A DNA stretch of 64,000 nt from Patescibacteria group bacterium (GTDB lineage Bacteria; Patescibacteriota; Microgenomatia; PFEM01; JAHIFH01), in the NCBI GenBank assembly GCA_035529375.1, contig DATKWU010000018.1, forward strand, positions 47,956-111,955, in the 5' to 3' direction. Each line of letters starts with the position of its first letter. The first letter of the stretch is position 1. This document shows positions 29,198-38,301 of the stretch, piece by piece. Position numbers and translations under genes: made by a program. Below the pieces are notes generated by a model, which was not told the origin of the DNA, made no database searches, and saw only the letters and a program-made list of their open reading frames with translations.

Positions 29198-31543
29198 CTA
29201 AGGGGGTATTTCCTGCCAAGTGTAAGAAGGGGTAAAGAGCACTGAAGGAGCAGTCATCAAAAAGTCTGGTCGGTAAACAAATTTCTCTGCTGGTCTTGTT
29301 CTGTTCAAATCCTCTCCTAAATCTCTTGCCAACTCAAAAGACTGAGCCACAAAAACTCCTTCACCCACAAACTGAACATCGTTGCCTTCACCAACTTTAT
29401 CAACCTCAAACTCTTTATCAGTAATAAAGACTCCTTCCACTTGAGTTACTGTTTCCGCTACCTTGATTTTTCCTGAGGCAATAATGGCTAAAAAGCCATT
29501 AACATCAAGATTACTATCAATATTCACCTCATTATCAACTAAGATAACAATTTTTGTTCCCTCAGGAATACTCCAACCATCAACCGTTAAAGCATCAGCA
29601 GTGTAGTAAACTCCAGAATCAGATGGTAAACCACCACCGTAATCTTCTTCAGGTGAACCCAAAAGTTCATAAAAGTAATTGAATCTCTTCCGAGAAAATT
29701 CTGTATTGGCTAACCAGCCTTCCACAGAGACGTTCCCTTCCCCCCAAGGATTATCTCCCAAAGTTTCTTTATGAGAAACCACGCCTGGAGTGCCTCCCTC
29801 ACCCGCTAAACAAAAATTATCATCCTCTCCAGGTAAATCAGAATTAATACTCTCTTGAGAATGAACATCACCTTCTTGAGCCTGAAACCAAGACCCAGCC
29901 GCCTTAGTCAAACCAATATTGATTGTCTTAGTTTCTCCTCCCTCAGTTAACATCACTTGATTAGTCTCATCACCCTCATCATCACAATAAATCGGATCAG
30001 AATACTCTCCAGGAAAAGCAGTCATCATCACTGTATGCAATTGATCTATAGGTACCTCAAAGGAATAATCAGGATCAGGAGTATCTGTACCATAACCGGC
30101 AATTTGAACGGTACCCCCAGAAACGGTTTCCCCTAATTCAGAACAGGAAGATCCTTCAAAAACCGTCCCCTGAATAGTTCCAGTTGGAGCAGGATAAAGA
30201 ATTGAATCGGCACAATAACTCCATTCAGCTGTTTTAAACTTAACTCTTGCCATTACCGAATTTTCGCCAGGATTAAGCGTTAAAGGATAACTGAAATTTC
30301 CACCCTCAGGAATATCCATAACTGACCCCCAGGTAGATCCACTATCAATACTTAATTGAATTTTGCCATCTTCAACCGCTCGAAAGTGCCATATTCCCAC
30401 TTTATGGGTATACATCGCATCATCTACGTAATAAACAAGAGAATTATTAATAACTTCAGCTTCTGCTTCATGGACGTCATCTGTTTTTAGTAAATTAAGC
30501 TCCATATCATAGAGCTCAAAACTATTAACATTACAATCATTTTCAGGATTTTCTTTTTCAGATATCTGGGAGTAAACAAAGAAATATTTCGTTCCTCTAT
30601 CCATCTGAATTGTTCGCTTCCCTGAACTGGTGTAACTAGCGATGATTGCATTTGCCCTTAAGCCATCACTAAGATGCCAACGCATTCCTCGGGAAAAATT
30701 AAGACTACCGTGGCAACCTGTCTTGTTACACATCCTAAAATCAACACTGAAAGTAAAAGATTTGATCACATAACCAGTTGGAGCAGTAACCTTAAGAGCA
30801 GCTCCACACGGTTGTTCGCCGTCACATATTATGTGCTCAGTAAATCTTAACCGACTGTCTCCCGCAAGGTGTCCAAATTTTCCAGGACCACAAGTTAACT
30901 CACAATCATAGCAGGCGTGACTAGAAGGAGCACAAGTAGTTCCAAAAGCAGGATAACAACCGCGACAGGGTTGACCGGCACTTATACAACTCCTTCTTTT
31001 ATACAAACAGCCATTAATTACTTGACCAAACCGGCAAACTTGGTCACCACCTCCTTCTGTGTAGCCATTACCACCCGGTCCAATACCGTAATACTGAAAA
31101 AGATTCCTGAAAGCGTTACCATGATTACCAACATTCCATGTTTCAAGATAGCCCTCATCCCTTAATTGATTGTCACTCTTGCCCTGAATTCGAGGAGCTA
31201 CTTCAATAAAACAGACAGCGTCTCTTTCAGACCCTTTATTATGTACGGCAAAATCATTGGCGAAAAAGGTTTCTTCACCATCAACCGAAAGATTGTAAAC
31301 TTCAACCGGCTCTTGTTTGTATTCAAGTTTAGTGATTTGCTCAGGCACCAAACCCTCTTCTCCCTTAACAAAAACCACATCGCCAATATTTAATTCCTTA
31401 ACCTGAATAAATCCAGCCTCTTTAATCTCCGGTCCAGGAATTTCCACCACCTCTTGCGCATGAATGGTTTTAGAGAAGACGAAGAATAAACTAATTCCTA
31501 ATATCCAATATCCAATATCTCTAACCGAGAGCAGTTTTTTCAT
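29198..31543 (-). CDS. secreted surface protein with N-terminal Hint-C (intein C-terminal half)
   Basis: Signal peptide (..TIHA|Q), then FIQVKELNIGD...VYNLSVDGEETFFANDFAVHN|KG (blocks F/G), Cys-rich region, beta-rich domains, C-terminal WFQAQEGDVHS domain. Confidence 0.85.
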   Translation of the reverse strand: MKKLLSVRDIGYWILGISLFFVFSKTIHAQEVVEIPGPEIKEAGFIQVKELNIGDVVFVKGEEGLVPEQITKLEYKQEPVEVYNLSVDGEETFFANDFAVHNKGSERDAVCFIEVAPRIQGKSDNQLRDEGYLETWNVGNHGNAFRNLFQYYGIGPGGNGYTEGGGDQVCRFGQVINGCLYKRRSCISAGQPCRGCYPAFGTTCAPSSHACYDCELTCGPGKFGHLAGDSRLRFTEHIICDGEQPCGAALKVTAPTGYVIKSFTFSVDFRMCNKTGCHGSLNFSRGMRWHLSDGLRANAIIASYTSSGKRTIQMDRGTKYFFVYSQISEKENPENDCNVNSFELYDMELNLLKTDDVHEAEAEVINNSLVYYVDDAMYTHKVGIWHFRAVEDGKIQLSIDSGSTWGSVMDIPEGGNFSYPLTLNPGENSVMARVKFKTAEWSYCADSILYPAPTGTIQGTVFEGSSCSELGETVSGGTVQIAGYGTDTPDPDYSFEVPIDQLHTVMMTAFPGEYSDPIYCDDEGDETNQVMLTEGGETKTINIGLTKAAGSWFQAQEGDVHSQESINSDLPGEDDNFCLAGEGGTPGVVSHKETLGDNPWGEGNVSVEGWLANTEFSRKRFNYFYELLGSPEEDYGGGLPSDSGVYYTADALTVDGWSIPEGTKIVILVDNEVNIDSNLDVNGFLAIIASGKIKVAETVTQVEGVFITDKEFEVDKVGEGNDVQFVGEGVFVAQSFELARDLGEDLNRTRPAEKFVYRPDFLMTAPSVLFTPSYTWQEIPP
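31500..31520. repeat. 3x 7-bp tandem repeat (aatatcc) in the signal peptide coding region
   Basis: aatatcc aatatcc aatatct. Confidence 0.6.
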
Positions 31544-31544
31544 C

Positions 31545-32168
31545 TTATTTTAATATTTCACTTACCTTCGCCTGTAAACCAGTAATCAACCGATAAGTCA
31601 GCGTATTTGAAAGAATATCTTTAAATTTATCAAGTGTTGTTTGGAGTTTGGTGCTTGAAGCTTGGTTATTCTCGCCTTTAATGGCGAGGAATGGGTGTTC
31701 TCCCGTCACCTTCACCTTCTTCCCACTTTCAGTTTCCAGCCCATAGTAGCCTTCCCGAATTGTTTTAGTCACATTAGAAACCGTGCCTTCTTTTATTTCC
31801 CCTGTCTCCGGATTAAACGAAGAAACAATCTCACCCGGTTTCAAGTCTTTAATTTGCTTCGTCTCCCCCTTCTGCTCTCCTGCTCTTTCACCCTCCTGTC
31901 CTAAATTAATCTCCGTTTCCCCAGTAAAACAAGGAGCACCACATGAAGAACAGGGGCAACAATATCCATCGGACATTTCGCAACCAACACACAAACAGTC
32001 ACTCCAGGAACAACCATCCCCCATTTGACCCACCTCAATAATGCAACGTCCACATTCACAAGAAATGCGTCCAGTTGAAGTACAAACATCCCCATAAACA
32101 CTTTTTGCCGTAAACATTAGGACACAAACGGTGAATAGCAAAACTAAAATTAAAGTCTTAGTTCTCAT
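31545..32168 (-). CDS. secreted Cys-rich peptide fused to Hint-N (intein N-terminal half)
   Basis: Signal peptide (..SVYG|D), 12 Cys in residues 27-79, then CFTGET (block A, C80), IKDLKPGEIV, VTGEHPF (block B TxxH), amphipathic tail. Confidence 0.85.
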   Translation of the reverse strand: MRTKTLILVLLFTVCVLMFTAKSVYGDVCTSTGRISCECGRCIIEVGQMGDGCSWSDCLCVGCEMSDGYCCPCSSCGAPCFTGETEINLGQEGERAGEQKGETKQIKDLKPGEIVSSFNPETGEIKEGTVSNVTKTIREGYYGLETESGKKVKVTGEHPFLAIKGENNQASSTKLQTTLDKFKDILSNTLTYRLITGLQAKVSEILK

Positions 32169-32175
32169 AGCAAAA

Positions 32176-32769
32176 TTACTTTCTTAAAAAACTTAAAAGT
32201 GATAAAAATTCCCCCGTGATTATTCCTGTCTCTCCTAAATTAATTTTATTTACAACAACAAAGTCACCAATATTGATTAACAGGTTTAAATTGTCAACTT
32301 GGAGTCGATGAGAGTCTATAATGATCCCTTTTTCTCGGAGTTCTTTGTCTATAATTTCTTTGCTTTTTGTTATGCTTCTCTCTTCATTCTTACTTAGATT
32401 TAAACCCACTTTATCATCGGAAGTGCTCTTTGGCTCTCTAGTAATATCTGCATATTCAAAATCTTTGTTAATTTCTATTGTAACCTCCTGCCTATTATTT
32501 TCAATTGTCAAAAACCAACCATCAATCTTCGTCACCCAACCCCTGATGGCGATTGGTTCTTTAGTTTCTTTATCGTACAAAAACACTCCCTCTTGGTAAA
32601 CAACTTCAGTATTGATATATTTTGATTCCTCGGCTGTCTTTCTTAAAGTCCAAAGATAATAAAAACCTTCAGCAACTATAATCAAAATTAAAATGAATAA
32701 GATTGGAAGTAAAACCTTAAGTAAACGAGGCAACCCTAATATTTTTTCTCTAATGGCAGGCAGCTGCAT
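32176..32769 (-). CDS. membrane-anchored hypothetical protein, first gene of the split-Hint operon
   Basis: One TM helix then beta-rich domain; 7-nt gap to next gene; TTGACA promoter upstream. Confidence 0.65.
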   Translation of the reverse strand: MQLPAIREKILGLPRLLKVLLPILFILILIIVAEGFYYLWTLRKTAEESKYINTEVVYQEGVFLYDKETKEPIAIRGWVTKIDGWFLTIENNRQEVTIEINKDFEYADITREPKSTSDDKVGLNLSKNEERSITKSKEIIDKELREKGIIIDSHRLQVDNLNLLINIGDFVVVNKINLGETGIITGEFLSLLSFLRK

Positions 32770-32838
32770 TAGTTAAATTTAAACAAATTTACTACTAGAT
32801 GTCAACAACTCGGAAAAAAATTAACAAATCATTCAGCC

Positions 32839-34353
32839 TCAATGATTATATCTCATGTATTCTCCTATAAATTGGGGCCAATATAAATCAACCATCGCCA
32901 TTATCTCATCTTGAGCTCTTTCATCAAATTGAAGTAACTGAGCACTAAAGAGTTCATCCCATGATAAATGATTCCCTCTTACTTCTTCGTAATCATCCGT
33001 CATAAGGCAAGAACCGCTAGCCATCGAGTTAAGCAACCCTTTAAATGCGTCTTTACCTCCCTCTTTCAGGACACCATAAACATAAACAACCGGAATGAGG
33101 CGAACCGAAGGCCCTTCTGGATAGAGAACTTCAAGCCCTTTCTCTCTCAATATTTTTAAAGCAAAATCCTCCACAGCCTCTTGGGTGGCATGAACAAATT
33201 TCGATTCTGGAGTTCTCGTCGCCCAATCAACACCTTCAATACCTGGGGCTCTTTGGGCTTGAGGGAAGGAGTGAATTGCTTCATGGATATATTGGACTAT
33301 GAAATCAGCTGCATATTTATTATAATCCGAAACTGGTTTTGCATAACTATCTCCAAATATCATGACGCTGTTTGGATAACCCAAGCCTGCCCCAACTGTA
33401 CTCCATCCAGGAAGAATCAACGAACTAAGAATTTCCTCTTCCTCCTCAGGTAGTTGAGGAATAACTCCATCACGAAACAAAGCAGGGTTAAGATTGTCTC
33501 TAAACATTTCATTGATAGACCTTGAGATTGGTATAATATCAGAAACCACCTGTTTCATAAATGGACTCCTGATTCGTTCTTCGTGGGAGGCTAATGATAG
33601 GTATAAACCCTCTTCTGTTGGAAAAGGAACCGAATCAATGATCTCCCCACCTCTTCTTTCTCCATTTAAATAGGCATAAATCCAGAAATCCCTAAAAGGC
33701 CCAGTTCCTGGTTCTATGTTGCCTTTTCCTCGATTGACTACCTCAAAGAAATTGATAACTCTCTCATTGAGTCTCGAATCTAGCTCGGGATCAATCCGGT
33801 CCACTAATCCTTTGGGGATAACAAATTCACCCGGCCCGGAAGTCAAAGAAATTCTACATATCGCGTTGATCTCGGGGGACAGGATCTCCGCTTCTCCCCC
33901 CACTCCCGCTCCTTCAGGATTGACAATATTTAGTTGACCACTTCTGATTTCATCCGCGGTAGGGGTGACGACATTTAAAACAACATTTTGTTCTTGATTG
34001 ATTGCTTTAATTGTTGCCTCAAACTCCCCCCCTTCTCTATCTTCTGGAGCAGGAAGAATTCTTGGAGTTGGGCCTGATTCGGAGGCTGAAGAAACACCAA
34101 TACTAGCCGCTCCCTTAATTTGAGCAGCCCCCAGGGCAGCAAGAACGAGACCCGTAGTAACTGCTTGACTTCTCGATATTCGCTTTCTGGGTTCTAATCC
34201 AGTTAACTGTTCCTCAGATCCCAACCCCTGCCTTCTTCTCTCCCTTTCCTCCCTAATTCCTCTACGACTGGCTACCTGACTCTCTCTTAGCGCTTGTTTA
34301 TATAATGGACCGCCGTTAAGCTCGTCGGTTTCTTTGCCCATGTTTTCTTCCAT
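32839..34353 (-). CDS. membrane-anchored putative zincin (HEXXH) metallopeptidase
   Basis: RKRISR + hydrophobic segment; YIHEAIH with downstream E; start placed at ATG 34353 after GGGAG. Confidence 0.6.
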   Translation of the reverse strand: MEENMGKETDELNGGPLYKQALRESQVASRRGIREERERRRQGLGSEEQLTGLEPRKRISRSQAVTTGLVLAALGAAQIKGAASIGVSSASESGPTPRILPAPEDREGGEFEATIKAINQEQNVVLNVVTPTADEIRSGQLNIVNPEGAGVGGEAEILSPEINAICRISLTSGPGEFVIPKGLVDRIDPELDSRLNERVINFFEVVNRGKGNIEPGTGPFRDFWIYAYLNGERRGGEIIDSVPFPTEEGLYLSLASHEERIRSPFMKQVVSDIIPISRSINEMFRDNLNPALFRDGVIPQLPEEEEEILSSLILPGWSTVGAGLGYPNSVMIFGDSYAKPVSDYNKYAADFIVQYIHEAIHSFPQAQRAPGIEGVDWATRTPESKFVHATQEAVEDFALKILREKGLEVLYPEGPSVRLIPVVYVYGVLKEGGKDAFKGLLNSMASGSCLMTDDYEEVRGNHLSWDELFSAQLLQFDERAQDEIMAMVDLYWPQFIGEYMRYNH

Positions 34354-34395
34354 CTTTCTAAAAATCTCCCGCAATTCGGAGGATGTTAAACTACT

Positions 34396-34437
34396 TCAAA
34401 ATTCCACGAAAAGATTCAATTTTGGTTTAAAAATCAT
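34396..34437 (-). CDS. putative leader peptide MIFKPKLNLFVEF (copy 1)
   Basis: 13-codon uORF conserved with 35255-35296. Confidence 0.4.
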   Translation of the reverse strand: MIFKPKLNLFVEF

Positions 34438-34439
34438 TT
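34409..34439. repeat. 31-bp exact direct repeat, copy 1 (copy 2 at 35268-35298)
   Basis: aaaagattcaattttggtttaaaaatcattt. Confidence 0.9.
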
Positions 34440-34512
34440 GGGCAATTGAAATTATTATATCACTCTTATTAGGTGAGGGGAATCTCTAGCCAAGGTGTCC
34501 CTATTCCCATAA

Positions 34513-35214
34513 TTACCTCAATGATTTTTTCTCTCGGAGAATATTATAGTCAATATATCTATTTGCAAATCCATCACAATATATTTCTTTGTCTTCATCT
34601 CCAATTTTGACTCCTTGCAACTTAAGCACCTCGTGGCCTAATTCATGGAGGAGAGTCCACTCTAATCTTTTTATACCAATTAGCTGATTGTATTTTGAAT
34701 AATCTCTTTTACCACTATTTTCCGGCTCTGCTAAAGATGCCGAAACACTTAGCCACCTGGTTTTACCCTCTCCGCTTTCAATCTCTCGAGCTATTCCCAA
34801 AGCAAATTTTCCTTCATTTCTACCACTTTTGATTGGGATTAAATCACGATAGAAGATAAACATTAACGGCATTAGTTCTCTGCAATCAACACCGCTATCT
34901 TCTAAAATTGCCTGTATTGTCTTATCATCAACTGTATAGTCTAGTCCAGGGTCCATACTGAATTCTTTAAAATCGCACAAACTCTCTGGGGTAGGAGGGG
35001 AAATTATTGATTCAGCGCGACCTGGACGGATAGACGACTTGGGGGACAAATTTTCCAAAACCCCATTTCGCTTTAGTAAATATGAGGCTCCTTTTATCAT
35101 CAAGATTCCAGTTGCTGCAGTTCCAACTATTAGAAATTCTCTCCTAGTCAATGGTCTTCTTCTTTTTTCTTGGCGGATTGAAATTGACTCGTTTTTACCT
35201 TGTTCAATTACCAT
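34513..35214 (-). CDS. putative zincin metallopeptidase with twin-arginine-like N-terminus
   Basis: LTRREFL + hydrophobic segment; TLLHELGH...E..CD.FA. Confidence 0.65.
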   Translation of the reverse strand: MVIEQGKNESISIRQEKRRRPLTRREFLIVGTAATGILMIKGASYLLKRNGVLENLSPKSSIRPGRAESIISPPTPESLCDFKEFSMDPGLDYTVDDKTIQAILEDSGVDCRELMPLMFIFYRDLIPIKSGRNEGKFALGIAREIESGEGKTRWLSVSASLAEPENSGKRDYSKYNQLIGIKRLEWTLLHELGHEVLKLQGVKIGDEDKEIYCDGFANRYIDYNILREKKSLR

Positions 35215-35254
35215 TATAAAAAATCCTCCGTTTTTCGGATGATATTAAACTACT

Positions 35255-35296
35255 TTATTTATCTACCAAAAGATTCAATTTTGGTTTAAAAATCAT
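35255..35296 (-). CDS. putative leader peptide MIFKPKLNLLVDK (copy 2)
   Basis: 13-codon uORF conserved with 34396-34437. Confidence 0.4.
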   Translation of the reverse strand: MIFKPKLNLLVDK

Positions 35297-35298
35297 TT
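35268..35298. repeat. 31-bp exact direct repeat, copy 2
   Basis: Identical to 34409-34439. Confidence 0.9.
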
Positions 35299-35367
35299 TG
35301 ACAACTATGAAAATTATACCACTTTTTAGCAAGAATTTCAGACTAACAACTCTGGTATACTAAAATT

Positions 35368-36849
35368 ATGAAGTTCAAACAACTAAAATCTCTTTTCCTC
35401 TATCTGACCGCCTTTCTTTGCGGCGTTGCCGGCATGATAGTGGAACTGACCGCCGTTCGTTTAGTCGCCCCTTTTTTCGGCTCATCGATGGAGGTCTGGG
35501 CAACGATTATTGCTTTGGTGATGACTGCCCTCGCCTTAGGCTACTTCTTTGGTGGCCAGCTTTCAAAGAGGATCAAGAAAATAGATTCGGTTGTTTATTT
35601 GATTATTGCTTCTGCCGGCTTGTTAATCAGCTTTTCCTATCTTTTTGTCGAGCCTATTGTTTCTTTTACTTCTCTCTCCTTACAATTAGCCAAGTTTTCC
35701 CTTTCTTTCAAAACCTTTTTAGTCGTCCTTTCTCTTTTCTTTCTGCCTGTTTTTCTTCTCGGCTCAATCTATCCCTTAATTATTGCCAGCTTTAAAAGTA
35801 AGAAATCAGGCCAGGCCGCGGGCCTTATTTTTGCTATTTCCACTGCCGGCAGCATCCTCGGCACTCTTCTTCCTTCTTTTGTTCTTATTCCCTTAATCGG
35901 CACTAAATTAACTTTTTTCTTAACCGGTATTGCTTTGGAAATCATTGCCTTAATTGGTCTACCCAAATTCCAGAAAATTATCCCGGCCTTAATTTTAATC
36001 ATCCTCCTTTTTAACTTTCCCAAATCCCAAAAGCTTTCATTTTCACCAAATAATGAGGTTATTTATCAAACCGAATCTCTTTATCAAGAAATCAAGGTTA
36101 TCAAAAGGGGAAAGATTTATCTTCTTTCCTTAGGTCCAAATAGTTTTATCAGCTCTTCTTATTCGCCTTATTCCTATTTAACCGATGGATGCTTTGATTA
36201 TTTCAACCTTTTGCCTTTGTTGAGAAACGACAAAAACCTAGACGTTCTTATCATTGGCTTAGGTGCTGGTACTATTTCTCGCCAGTACCAGCATTTCTTT
36301 TCTAATCAATATGATCTCAAAATCGATGGGGTGGAAATTGATCCTGAAGTAATCAAGGTGGGCAAAAAATATTTTGAATTAGAGCAACCTAGCTTAACCA
36401 TCTATCAAATGGATGGCCGGGCTTTTCTTAATCAAACTGAAAAAAAATATAACGTTATCATTGTCGACGCCTATGCCCGCCAAACCTATATTCCTTTTCA
36501 TTTAGCCACTGAATAGTTTTTTCAGGAAGCTAAAAATCATCTTCAAGAAAAAGGTATCCTTGCCTTTAATATTGCCACTTCTTCCCAGAACAGCTTCCGT
36601 TTTCAAACAATCAGTCAAACAGTAAAATCGGTTTTCAACTACACTTATTCTTTTTCAGTTGATAATGGTAATAGCTTAATTTTTGCTAGTAATGAATCTA
36701 TAAAGCCACTAAAGAATATTAATTTAGAGGAAGTTCCTGATGAGCTAAAAGCATTAATCCAAAATCTGACTCTTCAATTCTTAAAACCGACTAATCTTGA
36801 TAAGCCAAATTTAATCCTCAAAGACGACACTGCTCCAACAAGACTTTAA
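35368..36849 (+). pseudogene. fused MFS/spermidine-synthase-like methyltransferase interrupted by in-frame TAG at 36514-36516
   Basis: TM domain (STAGSILG) + IIGLGAGT, VEIDP, DGR, IIVDAY; frame continues after TAG as FFQEAKNHLQEKGILAFN...LKDDTAP to TAA 36847-36849. Confidence 0.75.
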
Positions 36850-36896
36850 TTGTTTTTTAATTATTGGGATTTTTTTAATTTCTTCTGAATTTCTTT

Positions 36897-37946
36897 CTAC
36901 CTTAAACCACCCGTCACTCTAACCTTTTTTAATAAAGATTCATCTTCCAAAACCTTACCACAACCTCTAACCACGGCATTCATCGGATTATCGGCCAACC
37001 AAACAGGCATCTTGGTTTCCTCGGCAATTAATTTATCTAAACCCACCAATTGAGAGCCACCGCCACATAAAGTAATCCCCCGAGCAATAATATCGGCCAC
37101 CAACTCTGGGGGTGTTTCTTCAATCACTTCCGAAATCTGATCAACAATCTGACGAACGACTGGTGAAATCGCTTCCCTAATCTCTTCTGAACCAATTTTC
37201 AAAGATTTAGGCAAACCTGTTTCCAAACCCCGACCTCGAACAATCATCTCCCGAATTCTTTCTCGAGAGTAAGCTGAACCAAGTTGAATTTTAATCTCCT
37301 CAGCCGTGGCTTCACCTAGAAGAAGAGAATATTTTAATCTCATGTAAGTGATAACCGCTTCATCCATTTCATCGCCAGCAATCCGCAAACAACGCTCAAT
37401 CACAATTCCCCCAAGAGAGATAACCGCAATTTCCGTGGTGCCCCCACCAATGTCCACTAAAAGAGCGCCTTCTGGCTTTTCAATTGGCAAACCAATCCCA
37501 ATCGCCGCCGCCATTGGTTCTTCAATCAAATAAGCTTTTCTTGCTCCTGCACTTAAAGCCGCATCCTGAACCGCCTTTCTTTCGACTTCGGTTACGCCTG
37601 AAGGAATACCAATGACCATTCTTGGCTTAGGAATTCTGGGAAAAAGAGGTCCTGACTGATGAATTTCCTCAATGTATTTCTTAAGTATCGCCTCGGCAGC
37701 ATCGAAATCAGCAATCACCCCATCCTTTAAAGGCCGAATCGTCTCAATCATTTCCGGTGTCTTGCCAATCATTTTCTTGGCTTGACTGCCAATCGCCAAA
37801 ATCTCTTTGGTTTTTTTATGGCGGGCAACCACCGACGGTTCCCGAATGACAATTCCCTTTTCCTTAACCCAAACCAGAGTATTGGAAGTGCCTAAATCAA
37901 TGCCGACATCATGAGAGATTAGACTAAAAAGAGAGTCAAATATCAT
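36897..37946 (-). CDS. mreB: rod shape-determining protein MreB
   Basis: GIDLGTSNT, PLKDGVIADF, EEPMAAAIG, DIGGGTTE. Confidence 0.98.
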   Translation of the reverse strand: MIFDSLFSLISHDVGIDLGTSNTLVWVKEKGIVIREPSVVARHKKTKEILAIGSQAKKMIGKTPEMIETIRPLKDGVIADFDAAEAILKKYIEEIHQSGPLFPRIPKPRMVIGIPSGVTEVERKAVQDAALSAGARKAYLIEEPMAAAIGIGLPIEKPEGALLVDIGGGTTEIAVISLGGIVIERCLRIAGDEMDEAVITYMRLKYSLLLGEATAEEIKIQLGSAYSRERIREMIVRGRGLETGLPKSLKIGSEEIREAISPVVRQIVDQISEVIEETPPELVADIIARGITLCGGGSQLVGLDKLIAEETKMPVWLADNPMNAVVRGCGKVLEDESLLKKVRVTGGLR

Positions 37947-38004
37947 TTAAAAAAATAATCTTAAAGAAGCCATTAAATAATGGGCTTAGTATAACACAAA
38001 TTCT

Positions 38005-38301
38005 TTAATCTGAGGAAGGAATTTTTAAACGAACTCGCTGACCATCATGAGAAACCCAAGTCCCAGGCGGTAAATCTTCAAGGGTCCTTAAATCCAAACA
38101 AAAACCTGGTTCCCTTGATAAACGGAGTGAACCCCAACCACCGCTTGGACCGTAAACCCAAACCGAATTAGCTTCCTCCCAATTATTAAAATCAACTTCA
38201 TCATATCGCTTGGCTTCGTCTTCAGTCATAAAATGCCAAACATTCCAAGACCGGAAAAAACCTTTTGGTTCTGGTATCGGCTCTCGCTCCCTTAGATTCA
38301 T
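38005..38301 (-). CDS. hypothetical protein
   Basis: ORF from MNLRERE; no recognisable motif. Confidence 0.45.
   Translation of the reverse strand: MNLREREPIPEPKGFFRSWNVWHFMTEDEAKRYDEVDFNNWEEANSVWVYGPSGGWGSLRLSREPGFCLDLRTLEDLPPGTWVSHDGQRVRLKIPSSD

Noticed and set aside
31543-31547. Split Hint as a simple frameshifted pseudogene of one protein
   Set aside because: The second ORF has its own ATG, basic N-region, hydrophobic core and cleavage site, and a fused product would put a membrane segment inside the Hint fold. Disfavoured, but not excluded without reads.
34409-35298. 31-bp repeats as a CRISPR array or att sites
   Set aside because: Only two copies ~860 bp apart, both in equivalent 5' leaders; no cas or integrase gene in the window
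36514-36516. Genome-wide TAG recoding or pyrrolysine
   Set aside because: Other genes end normally at TAG (46575, 55508, 60438); no pyl genes seen
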